Origin: Lama glama
Lineage: Eukaryota
Reading direction: 5' to 3'
Length of the DNA stretch: 64,000 nt
Assembly (NCBI GenBank): GCA_028534125.1
Contig: CM052816.1
Location: 37,760,001-37,824,000, forward strand
In this document: in pieces, positions 12,170 to 24,241 of the stretch
Layout: each line of letters begins with the position of its first letter
How positions within the stretch are numbered: position 1 is the first letter of the stretch
Made by a program: the position numbers and the translations under genes
The notes under the pieces: model-generated
What the model was told of the DNA's origin: nothing
The model's input: only the letters and a program-made list of their open reading frames with translations
Databases searched by the model: none

Positions 12170-12880
12170 GTCCATTTGGTCCTTCAAAGTCTTTCTTTGC
12201 TGAGACTTTTTATCTTTCCATTTGTTTCAAATGTCCTTGTAATTGCTTGTTGCAGCATTTTATCATGGTGATTTAATATCCTCCTCAGATAATTCTAGTA
12301 TCTGTATCATTTCAGTGTTGGTGTCTGTTGATTTTTTTTTTCCATTTAACTTGAGATTTTCCTGATATTTGCAGTAGGGGAAAGGAAGAGACACCAATTA
12401 TTTACTGCCAAGTAGAGTTAAGTCCAGCTTTCCCACTCCACCTATTGACACCTAGTGAAAAGGTTCTTCTGGTTTCTCAGAGGGGTGGGAAATAAGGCTA
12501 GTCAGTAAGGTCTCCATTTATACTTCATTGAGTGGGAGGGTGACTCCTATGTGACCACCATGGGCATGACCTCCTATGAAAAGGGAGCTTTTTCACCTGC
12601 AGGGAGGGGTGGAAATCAGACTCCCTTTGTGGTCACTGTCAAGGGGTGAGTGGGTCATGGCTCAGCACCCCTGGGCAGTGATGAAAACCCCTGTTCCACA
12701 CAGTGCCCTGTTCGGTGCTCCATCAACAGGGCTTGGTGTGGGAGGTCTCCTTGTTAAACCCTGATGCCACTGGAAGGCTAGACAGCTGTCAGTTGGGAAG
12801 CATTTTTCCTGGGTTTTTTTCTTTTCTGTGGAATATAGTGGTCATTGTCTAAGTGATTTCTGTCTTGCAAGCCTTTTCCA
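12170..12880 (-). mobile_element. Old L1M 3'UTR (probable continuation of the host element)
   Basis: ttctttgctgagactttttatctttccatttgtttcaa...aattgcttgttgcagcatttt...cagataattctagtatctg. Recognised by eye. Confidence 0.5.
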
Positions 12881-12892
12881 GTTTGCTATGCT

Positions 12893-13168
12893 TGTATTTG
12901 GAGGTGGAGCCTCTGGAAGGTGATTAGGTCGTAAGAACAGAGCCCTCATGAGTGGGATTAGTGCTCTTATAAAATAGACCCCAGAGGGCACCTTCTCAAG
13001 GACATGGCAAAAAAGATGAGCGTCTCTCAGCCCTCCCTAGATGCAGCAACTGCTAGCACCGTGATCTCGCACTTTTCAGCCTCTAGAACTGAGAGGAAAA
13101 AATGTCTGTTGTTTATAAACCACTCAGTGTATGGTATTCTATTAAAGCAGTCTGAACATAGTAAGACA
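12893..13168 (+). mobile_element. MaLR LTR (MLT1A-like), partial
   Basis: gtatttggaggtggagcctctggaaggtgattagg...gccctcatgagtgggattagtgctcttataaaa...cagcctctagaactgagag...tctgttgtttataaaccac...taagaca end. Confidence 0.75.
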
Positions 13169-14431
13169 GCTATGTGTACTGATGAAGCAAGAAATTAAAT
13201 CTAGTAATATTGATCATCACTGGAATAGTTCAAGAAAAAAGCATAGTGACTTTCAAGTTCATGATTGATCACAAGAAATATTAACATCACCTTATAGCAA
13301 TCTTAGGAAAAAAGATTAAGAAAGTTAGAAAAATGCAGTTAAGAAGTAACTTGCAGTTTCTTGAAAACAGTTGTTAAAAAGGATGGAGTTTACATTCCAC
13401 GTGTCAAGAGTCTCCTTTGGTCAATATGCAATGCCCTAAGAGCCTCTCAGATGGTTTCAACCTGAATGGAAAGTAACACAGTACTCACCTACATTTAATG
13501 GAATATAATGAAGTGAAAACTCAAGCTCTATGCATGATTTTACAGAAGGAGAACCTGAGAAACATCATGGTTTAGAAATTTGCTAGAGTTCACCTTGACT
13601 TAGACGTTTACTTTTATCTTTAAGTTCCAAGGGTAGGGCATTGATTTGCTATAGCTGACATTATTTATATACCAAAACATCTTAAATTTTACAATCTTAG
13701 AACCTTGCATCTTTACTTTTTACTTTGTTTGTAATGTTGCTTTTGATATAAAAAAAGATTAGCGATAGTTTCATCTCTGAAAGACAATAAGTTCTTTAGT
13801 AAATTTGAATTTAAAATAATTTCAATGAATATGAAATCTCAAAACCGTGCGTTCAATATTGCTGATGAAAATGCACAACCTTTTATTATATATTCAACAA
13901 TTAACTTTGATAAGTTCCTCCAGATTCTAAATGGCTTTATAAAATTGCATGCCAAAATTTTAATTATAAAAGTTATACAAACCCAAGTGATTGTTTAAAT
14001 ATGCTTTCTTCTCACAATATAACTTTGTCCTGATAAGGAAGATGATAATCATGATGAGAAGGAAGATAAAATGATGTTAATTTTTAATATTTAACGACAA
14101 CCTGGAACAGGCCCTTTACCAAACGCTTTCTGTACAGTCTCAATGACAGTTTACAGATTCATCTGGGTGGCTGCTCAAATTTAGTAACAGATTAGGTCAA
14201 TACTCAAGATTCTAGACTATCCTGAAGGGTGTGTACTTAATCCCTCTTACACTATCTTCAATCAAATCTGATCAATTTTCTTTTAAAATCAATATGATTA
14301 TGGATAGAGTAAACAAAATATGTTACACAAATCATAGAATGATTATACCAATGTGAAGTTTTATAATATTATTACTGTAAATTTGAGTTCTTTGCGGTCA
14401 TTTATCTCGCAGAGACACATGCAATGTACAT

Positions 14432-14454
14432 ACACACACACACACACACACACA
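14432..14454. repeat. (AC)n microsatellite, ~11 units
   Basis: Read directly. Confidence 0.95.
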
Positions 14455-15367
14455 TCCCCCTGGAGTGCTTTGTTTGCTGTAGTGCCTGAACTAGTGCTGA
14501 GAGCAGATACCTTCTACATACTATGCTTTTGCTGAGTCTGATAGCAGACAAGGACAACGAATGTTGCGTCTAAAAATCCATTTGGCTCTAAGTCAGAAAT
14601 ATACTTTCCTGTTTTTCCCTTACCTTTAACACCTTCCACATCCAAAGGGTAAAAGATGGAGGGTTATCAGTACCCTACCCTGATCTATTACTTTGAAGTG
14701 GGTGATGCTAAACTGTCAGAGTCAGGAAAATTGAACATTTTCAAGGTGGGCTTCCGGAGCTTCCAGCGTCTTCTCTGAAGCTTTGCTTTATCCTGTATAG
14801 TTAACTCCATATGATATTGGGCATGAAGTAAGCTGCTAATATCACTGGATGTGTAATGATATTAAACAAATACCACAGTCCTAGTTTCTGTTAAGACTTC
14901 AGGATAAACTTAGCTTATTCCATTGTAAAAAGGTCAAACCTCCACTTTCATAAATAGAACACATGGATGGCACCAATCAAAGCAAAACAGTAATTAAAGT
15001 TTAAAAAATGGAAACTATAGTATCACACAGAGCCAATATTTTTCTCAGCATTTTCGATGGAATCAAAGTCGATACCAAAAAGAATGGATGAAGACTGCAT
15101 AACTAAAGATTTTTCTTTGCACAAATGAATAAATAATGACTAAGTCTTAGTAATGATAGTCCTGCAGCAAGAAGCACCTATCTCCGAACAATTTCTCATT
15201 ATAGAGTATGGAATTCATTAAAGAGAGACTAAAAGAATCATGATTGTTCATGATTGTTTTTAGATAGTTGGATTCAGTGATTTATTCTTAATCATTATCT
15301 GAGAATCTATATTTAGGAAAATAAAGTTAGTCTCTATTAAAAATACAGTTCTCAAGTAGATTTCCAT

Positions 15368-15527
15368 CGTAAGCAGAATTCTGGATGGTCTCCAAGATTC
15401 TGTGCACTGGTATCTCTATCCTTGACTATGGGAAGAGCCCTTGAATATGGTGAGATAAATTCTAGTAACTATATTATGTTGTATCACAGAAGACTTCTTC
15501 AGATGTAATTAATGTCACTAATCTGTT
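15368..15527 (+). mobile_element. MaLR LTR (MLT1E/F-like), 5' part, split by an L1
   Basis: gcagaattctggatggtctccaagattc...cagatgtaattaatgtcactaatctgtt. The LTR resumes at 16918. Confidence 0.7.
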
Positions 15528-16917
15528 TTTCTTTTACCGAAGTACAGTCAGTGACAATGTGTCAATTTCAGGTGTATAGCACAATGTCCCAGTCATGCAT
15601 ATACATGAATTATTCATTTTCATATTATTTTTCATTAAAGATTATTACAAGATATTTTACATAGTTCCCTGTGCTATACAGCAGAAACATTTTTTAAATC
15701 CACTTTTATATATAGTGGCTAACATTTGTAAATCTCAAGCTCCCAAATTTAACCCTTCCTACCTGCTTTTCCCAGGAACCATAAGATTGTTTACTATGTC
15801 TGTGAGTCTGTTTCTGTTTTGTAGATAAGTTCATAGAGTCCCTTTTTTTTTAGATTCCACATATAAGTGATATCATATGGTATTTTTCTTTCTCTTTCTG
15901 GCTTACTTCACTTAGAATGGTGATCTCTAGGTCCATCCATGTTGCTGCAAATGGCATTATTTCATTTTTTTATAGCTGACTAATATTCCATTGTACAAAT
16001 ATACCACAACTTCTTTATCCAGTTATCTGTCGATGGACAGATAGGTTGTTTCCATGTCTTGGCTATTATGTATAGTGCTGCTATGAACATTGGAGTGCAT
16101 GTATCTTTTTGAATTAAAGTTTGCTCTGGATATATACCCAGGAGTGGGATTGCTGGATCATAGGGTAAGTCTATTTTCAGTCTTTTGAGCAATCCCCATA
16201 CTGTTTTCCATAATGGCTGCACCAAACTACATTCCCACCAGCAGTGTAGGAGGGTTCCCTTTTCTCCACATCCTCTCCAGCATTTATCATTCATGGACTT
16301 TTGAATGATGGCCATTCTAACTGGTGTGAGGTAATACCTGATTATAGTTTTGATTTGCATTTCTCTGATATTTAGCAATACTGAGCATTTTTTCATGTGC
16401 CTATTGATCATTTGTATATCTTCATTGGAGAACTGCTTGTTTAGGTCTTCAGCCCATTTTTGGGATGGGCTATTTGTTTTTTTGTCATTAACTTGTATGA
16501 GCTATTTATATATTCTGGAAATTAAGCCTTTGTCAGCCCCATCATTTGCAAGTATTTTCTCCCATTCTGTAGATTGTCATTTCGTTTTGCTTATGGTTTC
16601 TTTTGATGTGCAAAAGCTTATAAGTTTAATTAGGTCCCATTTGTTTATTTTTGCTCTTATTTCAATTGTCTGGGTGGACTTCCCTAGGAGGACATTGCTA
16701 AGATTTATGTCAGATAATGTTTTGCCTAAGTTTTCTTCTAAGAGATTTATCATGTCTTGTATTATATTTAAATCTTTAAGCCATTTTGAGTTTATTTTTG
16801 TTTATGGAGTGAGGGAGTGTTGTAACTTCACTGACTTACATGCTGCTATCCAGTTTTCCCAACACCACTTGCTAAAGAGACCGTCTTTTCTTCATTGTAT
16901 GTTCTCGCCTCCTCTTT
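15528..16917 (-). mobile_element. 5'-truncated L1 (~1.4 kb; ORF2 C-terminus plus 3'UTR)
   Basis: ORF 15980-16411 ([17 protein letters not shown]...[20 protein letters not shown]...CTPMFIAAL) is the cysteine-rich ORF2 C-terminus. T-tract at the left end. Degenerate TSD TAATCTGTT (15519-15527) / TAGTCAGTT (16918-16926). Confidence 0.93.
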
Positions 16918-17404
16918 TAGTCAGTTGTCTTTGATTTAATTAAACGAGATAGTATCCTGGGAGGGCTTGACGTAATCAGGTGAGCCCTGCTAAAGAAAGA
17001 CTGAGACCTTCATGGAGGTCAGGTTTGTCCTCTGGCTGGCCTTGAAAATGTAAACTGCCAAGTGAGGGTACCCATGCAGAGGCCAAAGGGCAAGGGCCTG
17101 ATGGGCATCTTCGGAGCTAAGAGTTGTCTTCAACTAACAGCTTGTAGTGAACGGAGCCTCAGTCACACAGCCACAAGAAACCGAACTCTGCTAACGACTA
17201 CTTGGGTTTGTAAGAGGGCCCTGAGCATCCATAAAGAATGCCCATGGCAACTACTTTTATTTCATTCTTGTGAAACCCTGAGCAGAGTTCCCAGTGAAGC
17301 TATACACAGATTCCTGTCCCACAGAAGCTGTGAGGTAATACATATATGTTGCTTTATACTGTTTGGCTTTTGGTAATTTTTATGTAGTTGTAAAAAACTA
17401 ATGC
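16918..17404 (+). mobile_element. MaLR LTR (MLT1E/F-like), 3' part
   Basis: gagatagtatcctgggagggcttgacgtaatcaggtgagccc...gcctcagtcacacagccacaagaaaccgaactctgctaac...ttgtgaaaccctgagcagag...cacagaagctgtgaggtaata...aaactaatgca. Confidence 0.75.
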
Positions 17405-18439
17405 ACACTCTAACCCTCAGAGTAATGTCCAGCTCCTATCTATAGAACCAATCTAAGGGTTCTGTTATATTTATGATAATAAACATTTCTTAATAGTTTA
17501 TGGTTATCAATTTCATAATTATTTTTATGATAATCATATTTCTTAATAATTATCTTGCCTAATTTTTCATTTTCAAAAATGCTTTTTTTTTGTAAAGAAT
17601 ATATTTCATGCACAAATGCCCTCTATATTCTTATCTTGGGGAAGATAGTCTCTTCATTTAGACACAGGTATAATTTGAATAAATCCCTACTTTTTACTCT
17701 CAAATGAGCCCAATTTATTGATATTTCACTCCTGAATGCATGTCTAGTTGTGGAACCTTAAATTTACACCCAAAATTAAAAAAAAAAAGAATGTTTTATA
17801 GTGCACATGGCAGCAAAGCTTACAGAGTACATTAACACAATATAAAGAGTTATGGAAATACGCAATCACATAGAAGCATAACTATTTGAGGAAGGAAATA
17901 ATCGCTGAGAGGAGTTTTACTTTGCTCTTTTTATAAATAAGACATAATAAAAGTAATTTTTCTTTTAGGAAAAGCAAAATATACTGTTATTTCTGATACT
18001 CATCACATTTGCTTGTAAAGGTTATTTGGCCAATATTTACGAATGTGCTAACCAGGGAGTTAGCTAATACTCTTTGCAAAATATTCTTCACTGTACTCTC
18101 AGGAACGCCTACATCGTTTTCAACTCACAAATTGCTTAAGTCTCTTAGCTGGACTGTAGTCAGCATTTTCCTTTCTCAGAAATAGTTAATTCCTGACTCA
18201 TAATATCTATCATTAAGGATATATAATTAGAATAAGTCTATAACCTTGGTTTTTTTTTTTTAACATTTTTCACATTGCGGGAAATCATAACACTTCAAAC
18301 TAAGTAACCATTCTTCGTATGCTTTCATTCTGTATGATTAGAAAGGAGTTTGATTCTCTGCTCCTGACTCTCTGCTGATCATTCTTCCCAAATTACTTGA
18401 ACAATTCATGAAGCTCCTACAAGGGATAAGCCTGTTGTG

Positions 18440-18580
18440 CACACTGCTCTTGTATTTCTTACAGTAACCCTAAAAGATAGGTTTCTACCCCAAACGTAAA
18501 GGCTAAATTTAGCAGCTCGCCCTGAGGTCATAGCCAGTGAACTGGACAGGGGATGCTAACCACCTGTCTGACTCTGATGT
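18440..18580 (-). mobile_element. MIR-like relic
   Basis: acagtaaccctaaaagatagg...ctcgccctgaggtcatagccagtga...ctgtctgactc resembles the antisense MIR core. Confidence 0.4.
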
Positions 18581-19109
18581 CGCCTTTCTTTCCCAGTTCA
18601 AATGCCTCTTCACCTTGTCTGTCTATCCTGTCAGTAGCAACTAAATAAATTGGTCTCCCCTCTTTGACTTCCTCAAAGTGCATCCTAAGCTTCATTGCCC
18701 CTAACCATCCAGTTCTGAAGCCACAGTTAATAAGGAGAAAAAGCAAGACAGAGAAAAAGAAAGAACCATGTTCTTCCTCCTTTCATAGGCTTCCATTCTG
18801 AAGCTGGTAAAAAGACTGAATACGGAGGCACACTTCTTATTCTTCTGTGGGACTGGGCAATCTTATTTCTGAATCACTGAGACAAAAAAAGTGATCTGTG
18901 GACTGTCTATGATACATAATATGGAATCAAATCATGATCCTGTTAGAATTTTCATCTTGTCAGGGAAGTTCACACTCAATGAACAAAGTCTGAGAGGGCT
19001 GCGGAAGATGGTAAATCGCGCTTGCTCCAAACTAAAGTTTGAACACCTTCTTATCTATGTCTATTTGCTTGTCTTGTGGCTCTATAATCTTTGTCAAAAG
19101 GACTTAGCC

Positions 19110-19593
19110 TTACAATTATTTTGGTGACAGAAAAATCAATGCAAACTGGCTTAAGCAACCAGGGAATATATTAACTTAATAAGCACAAACGCAAATGATG
19201 GCACTGGCTCCTGGTTTCTTTCTACCTTCTTCAGCATGCTCACTTCATTCTGTGGCTATGCATAATGTCAAGATCTGTGGATACAACAGATAAACCCTTG
19301 TTAAAAGTCCAGGAGAAGGGAGGTACTTTCTTGAGGTAGTCTGAAAAAGCCTTGAGAGTCACCTTGCTCAGACCAGCTTAGATTGTGTTCACCCCTGAAT
19401 GAATCATGTGGCTAGGAAATCTTGTTCAAAGATGGGCCTGGTGTTCATATTCCACACAGTTGCTAGAGTTGGAGTCTTAGTTGACGCTGCAGAGACTGAG
19501 AATGGGGTAAGGATGGAACACCGAACGAAAAGCAGGGGCTGTCACAGCAAGGAAGAGGAATAGATGGTGGGAGGGCAAATAATGACTGTCCCC
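19110..19593 (-). mobile_element. Old MaLR LTR (MLT1J/K/L-like)
   Basis: tgacagaaaaatcaatgcaaactggcttaagcaa...acccctgaatgaatcatgtggctagg...ggggctgtcacagcaaggaagaggaatagatgg. Confidence 0.5.
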
Positions 19594-22500
19594 TGAGAAT
19601 GTTTTTTTGTAAAAGTGCTCTTGTAGCAGGATTTACTTATTTCTCAACGTTCCAAGAATTATAGCAGACTTTAAGAACCAGATTCATATTAAGCTTTTTC
19701 GCTGTGTAACTGCAGTCTTCATTCTTTTTATATTAGCTTTTTTGTATCTTTCACTGTTATCCACCATTTGCAGGTGTTCAGCCTTGGGTAATTGTAAGCA
19801 TTGTTCAGAGACTGTTGGAGAAGCTTGATGACAGCCTTTCTCCCTTGCCCCATTGTCAAAGGTGTAGTCTAGTATTGCTCATAAATGTTTCAAGAAGTCA
19901 GATGAAACGTCTCAATCAGCCAAGTGAATACTTAAATAAGATTTTCAGTCTGTGTAGACTTGATGCTGCATTACTGAGGTTTTCTCAGACTCCAGAACTA
20001 CCATTTTTTTTCTAGAATTTCTTTGTGAGAACACTCACTGAGTGTGAAAAGCTGAACTGCAATGATGAAGCCATATAATGGCCTTCAATTCCATAGCCAT
20101 TTACTTCCACTTGTGCATTTAAATTTGTAGCCGAAATCTAAATGTTTAGCATAATTGCCCTACTATGAAATACACAGATTTATGAAAAGCTGTTAACAGC
20201 CTGTTCCTATGCCATCTTTGAAAAGGCTCGTTGGGTAGTCAATAATAGAAAGAAAAAAAAGCATAAGTATCAAGAGGCAAAAAGTATTTAGATCAACATG
20301 GCAAAGGTTTCCATGGTATAAAGGAAAATTAAATCAAACAGTGGGGTTCTTCTCAACTGAGGTCTATAAAGGAGACAGGCGAGATGAATGTTCTTTGTCT
20401 GACAAATGACAAAGATAATCAGTGCTAATTGCCCAGGACTGGCTTCTCAGTTATGTCGGCCAATTAAAGTACATTCTCGTATATACTGACCCAACTCCTG
20501 TATGTGGTGAGTAGGCAAAGAAATGAAAGCATATATATAGTAAGGCCCTCTTCTACTTGGAAAAAGAAATCAATACTGACTTAGCTGCAGCAGAATTGAG
20601 CCATTTTGTCTGCAGTCTTTTTATCTGCAAGGCCCCGTGGCCATCAGTGTGGGAAAACATTCATGGAACGAATGCCTTTAGCAAAAGTAATCATCATCAT
20701 GGTGAAGTGCTTATCAGAAATGAAGACAAAATGCAATTAGGCTGGATTTACAGTTGGACCAATAATTACCACTCAGATGTTTCAGCTGAATGGAAAATAC
20801 ATGATTCCAAACCATGACATTTGTGTTCGATTGCTTTCTCCTCCTTTCTCTTGTGATCTGTAACCCTCTTCCATTTTCTTTTCTTTTTTTTTTCATTTAT
20901 AAAATATGTCAGTCATGATGTAGCACAGCTGAATAATTGTCATAGAGTCAAATGCTTGCAGATGGTTAATGGAAACAGAAAATTAAATGAACAGCAGTAA
21001 AGAAACTCATACAAAATTAAAGAACTCTATTGCAAATTTAAAGGGTCATTTGGTTTCATCAAAAATCAAATAATATGAATATGTTATCCTCTGCATGAAA
21101 GAGACTATGTTAAATTGTTTTGAGAGCTGAAAAATGAGCAATCAATGGTGTGCTAATGAAATTTGTGAAAAAATCATGAACTATTGAAATGTGCCGTAAA
21201 TTGTCATTTAGTCCCTACAGAAGAAGGTCTACTTTGGGGGATCAATTTCTTTTGAGCTTACTGTTTACTTAAATTATTGAACTGAAGCTAGGACTTGAAA
21301 TAAGTTAAGATTGTTACTAAAAAGAAATGAGGATAGGATTAAAGTTAAGCAGAACTGAGTTGCAAAAAACTAGTTTCTTTTTCAAAAGTGTCCTGGCTGA
21401 GATTTTTTTCCTCATATGACTGACAGAAACCCAACAATTTATAACATATTCTTATGTCCAAAGAACAGAATTAATAGCCCCATTGACCTGCAAGGAATTA
21501 AGATGGTTTAAGCCAACTAAGCTCTCATCTGCCTGGCATTTTTGAAATATATAATAATTGATAAAACCTTTGTGAAAAGAAAAGCTGACTTTCTGGTGAA
21601 ACATGAGATATGTTGTATGCTGTGATTCAGAAGTAGATTTCAGTTACAGATTCTTTAAGAATAGATTTCAAGATTATAAAGCATTACATTCTTTATTCAC
21701 TCTTTATTTTTCATTATCTTCTCCATTCTCTGGGAAACCCAGAAGTCAATATGAAATGTCTTTTGTCCATCAAAGAAATTATTTTCATCTTCGATGGTTG
21801 TTCATATCAAAGGGAAGGAAAAATAAAGACATATAATTGAGTCTTCATTGAAGATAATGCAGGCATTTGTACATTGCCTTGAATGGCAATTTAATAGCTG
21901 AATATTTTTAATGACTAACAGAATCTTAGAGGGTGTTTGAAAGTGAGTCAGTTTGTCACATAAAAAACAAGGCTGTAAAAGAGATTCCTAAAAGAACAGC
22001 TTTAAAAAGGTTAAAATAAAACATGTTACAAAATATATCCCTTAAGATGTTTCATCCTAATCTTCAAATGCAAAACAAAATGCGTCTTGCACTAATGAGA
22101 AAGAAGTAATATTACATATTTTTTCTTTACAATTATCCTTCATGATTTAAACTGTTAAAAGTATCTTTGATAGCTTTTTTCTGCTCTCAAACTTCTGAGT
22201 TGTCAGTGGATAATATATAATGATACAGAGATAAAAATATTGATTCAACTTTTAATTTGACTGACTACAAAATACCTTATTTTAAATCATACCTGGTAAA
22301 GTTAACATTTAGTTGCTTGTCATTTCAGGTTAAAGTAAGATAAGAACAAAAACAGCTCGAAGTTTGGATAGTTTATGTTATAATGAAATGTCCAATTTTA
22401 CTGAGTTAAAGCATTTTTCTGTGTATTTTTCAAATGTTACTCGAATTTAAAAGATTTTCTGCCTTGTTTCTAACTAAAGCTCTTTAATATGCCTTTTTTA

Positions 22501-23149
22501 CATAACAATAATATTGTTATTTTAAATCCAGCCATCAAATACCAGATATAGAAGCATTATCTCTACTGTATATATCACTCTTTGAGGACCTATCACTAAA
22601 AAGTAATTATCTATAGATGAAATTTGCAGCAGAGACACTGCTATTAATCCCACTTAAAATCATCATGCTTCAGTTTTTTAGATAAATTTAAATTAATCTT
22701 TTCTTTTTAAATAAAATATAAGAGATTTTTACGACAGAAGCTAGCATCTTTATTTTGATGTATTAGAGCGTAATTTCTACAAATATCCCAGCTCTAGGAA
22801 AAGCCTGTATATAATACCTCTATTCAGTACAAGGTATATGTCATTCAGACATGGATATACTGCAGTGCATGGGTGTGCCTGAAACACTGTCTCTTGATAA
22901 ATACATTCCCTTTTCGGTAAGTATATTCCCTTAAATTAATACATATCACAGCTGCAAATTTGAGGGGAAAATATAAATTTTAGCACTAGACTGCCCTCCT
23001 GGGTTCAGCATGGCACTAGCGGTTAGGAAAGATGTTTTTTCAACAGTTTGCGATTCCATAGATGAGACAAGTCTAACAAACATGAAATAAGTACAAAAAT
23101 AATTATAAGCGCATTATAAATTTGAAGGGCTGTAAAGGTGAAAAAAAAA

Positions 23150-23560
23150 GTTGCAGAAAGACAACAGTGGAAGGCATATTACCCTTCTCAAGTCCACTCT
23201 TAGGATCCCAGCTGGTGAGAGTGTTTGCCACCGACCCCTCCCAGCTGAGTCGATCGCCTGGAATTGCCCTTCACCTAAGGGAGCTGCCTCATCACTATGT
23301 TTGCCTTCACCTTAGACTGCACCTGGTGATCGGTGCGGGTGCAAAGCGGCAGCACTCTTGCCTCAATTCCAGGCATCTCTCAAAGCCCACCCCAGTTTCA
23401 GTGTTCCCCATGGGACCAGTTAAAGCCACTGTCTTTACCTCCTTAATTTGCCCAATACTGCTTCCCTTATTTAGTCATCGAGGGTTGCCTGAGAGTGAGC
23501 CTCAGTAAACTTCTTGCATTGTGGATCTTAGAGTCTGGTTTCCAGTAAGCCAGTCTAAGT
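23150..23560 (+). mobile_element. ERVL solo LTR (LTR16-like), lying within an L2-like relic
   Basis: cacctaagggagctgcctc...cttgcctcaattcc...cagtaaacttcttgcattgtggatcttagagtctggtttccag is an LTR16-type 3' end. Confidence 0.55.
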
Positions 23561-24241
23561 GAGAGGCATTAGTTTGAACTTGAGTGACATGCAGCACTTG
23601 GACGATTAGAGAAGTGGAGGAAAAGCATCTTAGCCTGGTGTGGCGTGGCATACACGTACCAAGGTGAAAAAGTGGAAATGGCTTGTCATGTTTGTAAGAT
23701 GATGAAGAGACGCTAAGCTGACCACCTGATTTTTAGGGACTTATTTGAAGTGTGAATGTAAAAGAGGGATGGCAGTAAAATGTGAAAAAAAAAAAAGTAT
23801 GGAAAGCCATGTAAAGGATTTGGCTTTTATGGAGTAGATGTTTGCAAGTCACTCTAAGCCTTGAATAAAAATGTAATGTTCAAGGAAGCTTGGTATGACA
23901 AGGATATGCAGAGTGGAACAGAAATCAGAGACGACATCATAAGGCCGCATCTTAGAGAATGAAGACCTGAAGAGGTGACAACAGAAATCCCTCCCTCCCT
24001 TCCTTTCTTTCCTTTCTCCCTCTCTCTCACTCCCTCTCTATCTCTGTGGAATGTTGTGTGCACAGGAAAAAAAAAAAAGTATATGCAAGATTTTTTTCTT
24101 TTTTTAAGGTTTAAAGATTTTATTTAAATCTTTGATCCAGGACATCATCTCTTGCTGAGTTAGATTATATCCTAGCTGTATTTCCACAAAAATACATCAA
24201 CCCTCTTTGCATAGTTAGAATGCCCTTCTGCTGACTCTTCA

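Noticed and set aside
16350..16934. 194-aa hydrophobic ORF (and similar ones at 53770-54231, 56157-56814, 25306-25503)
   Set aside because: These are antisense translations of A-rich L1 ORF2, which routinely give F/L/S/I-rich pseudo-membrane peptides.
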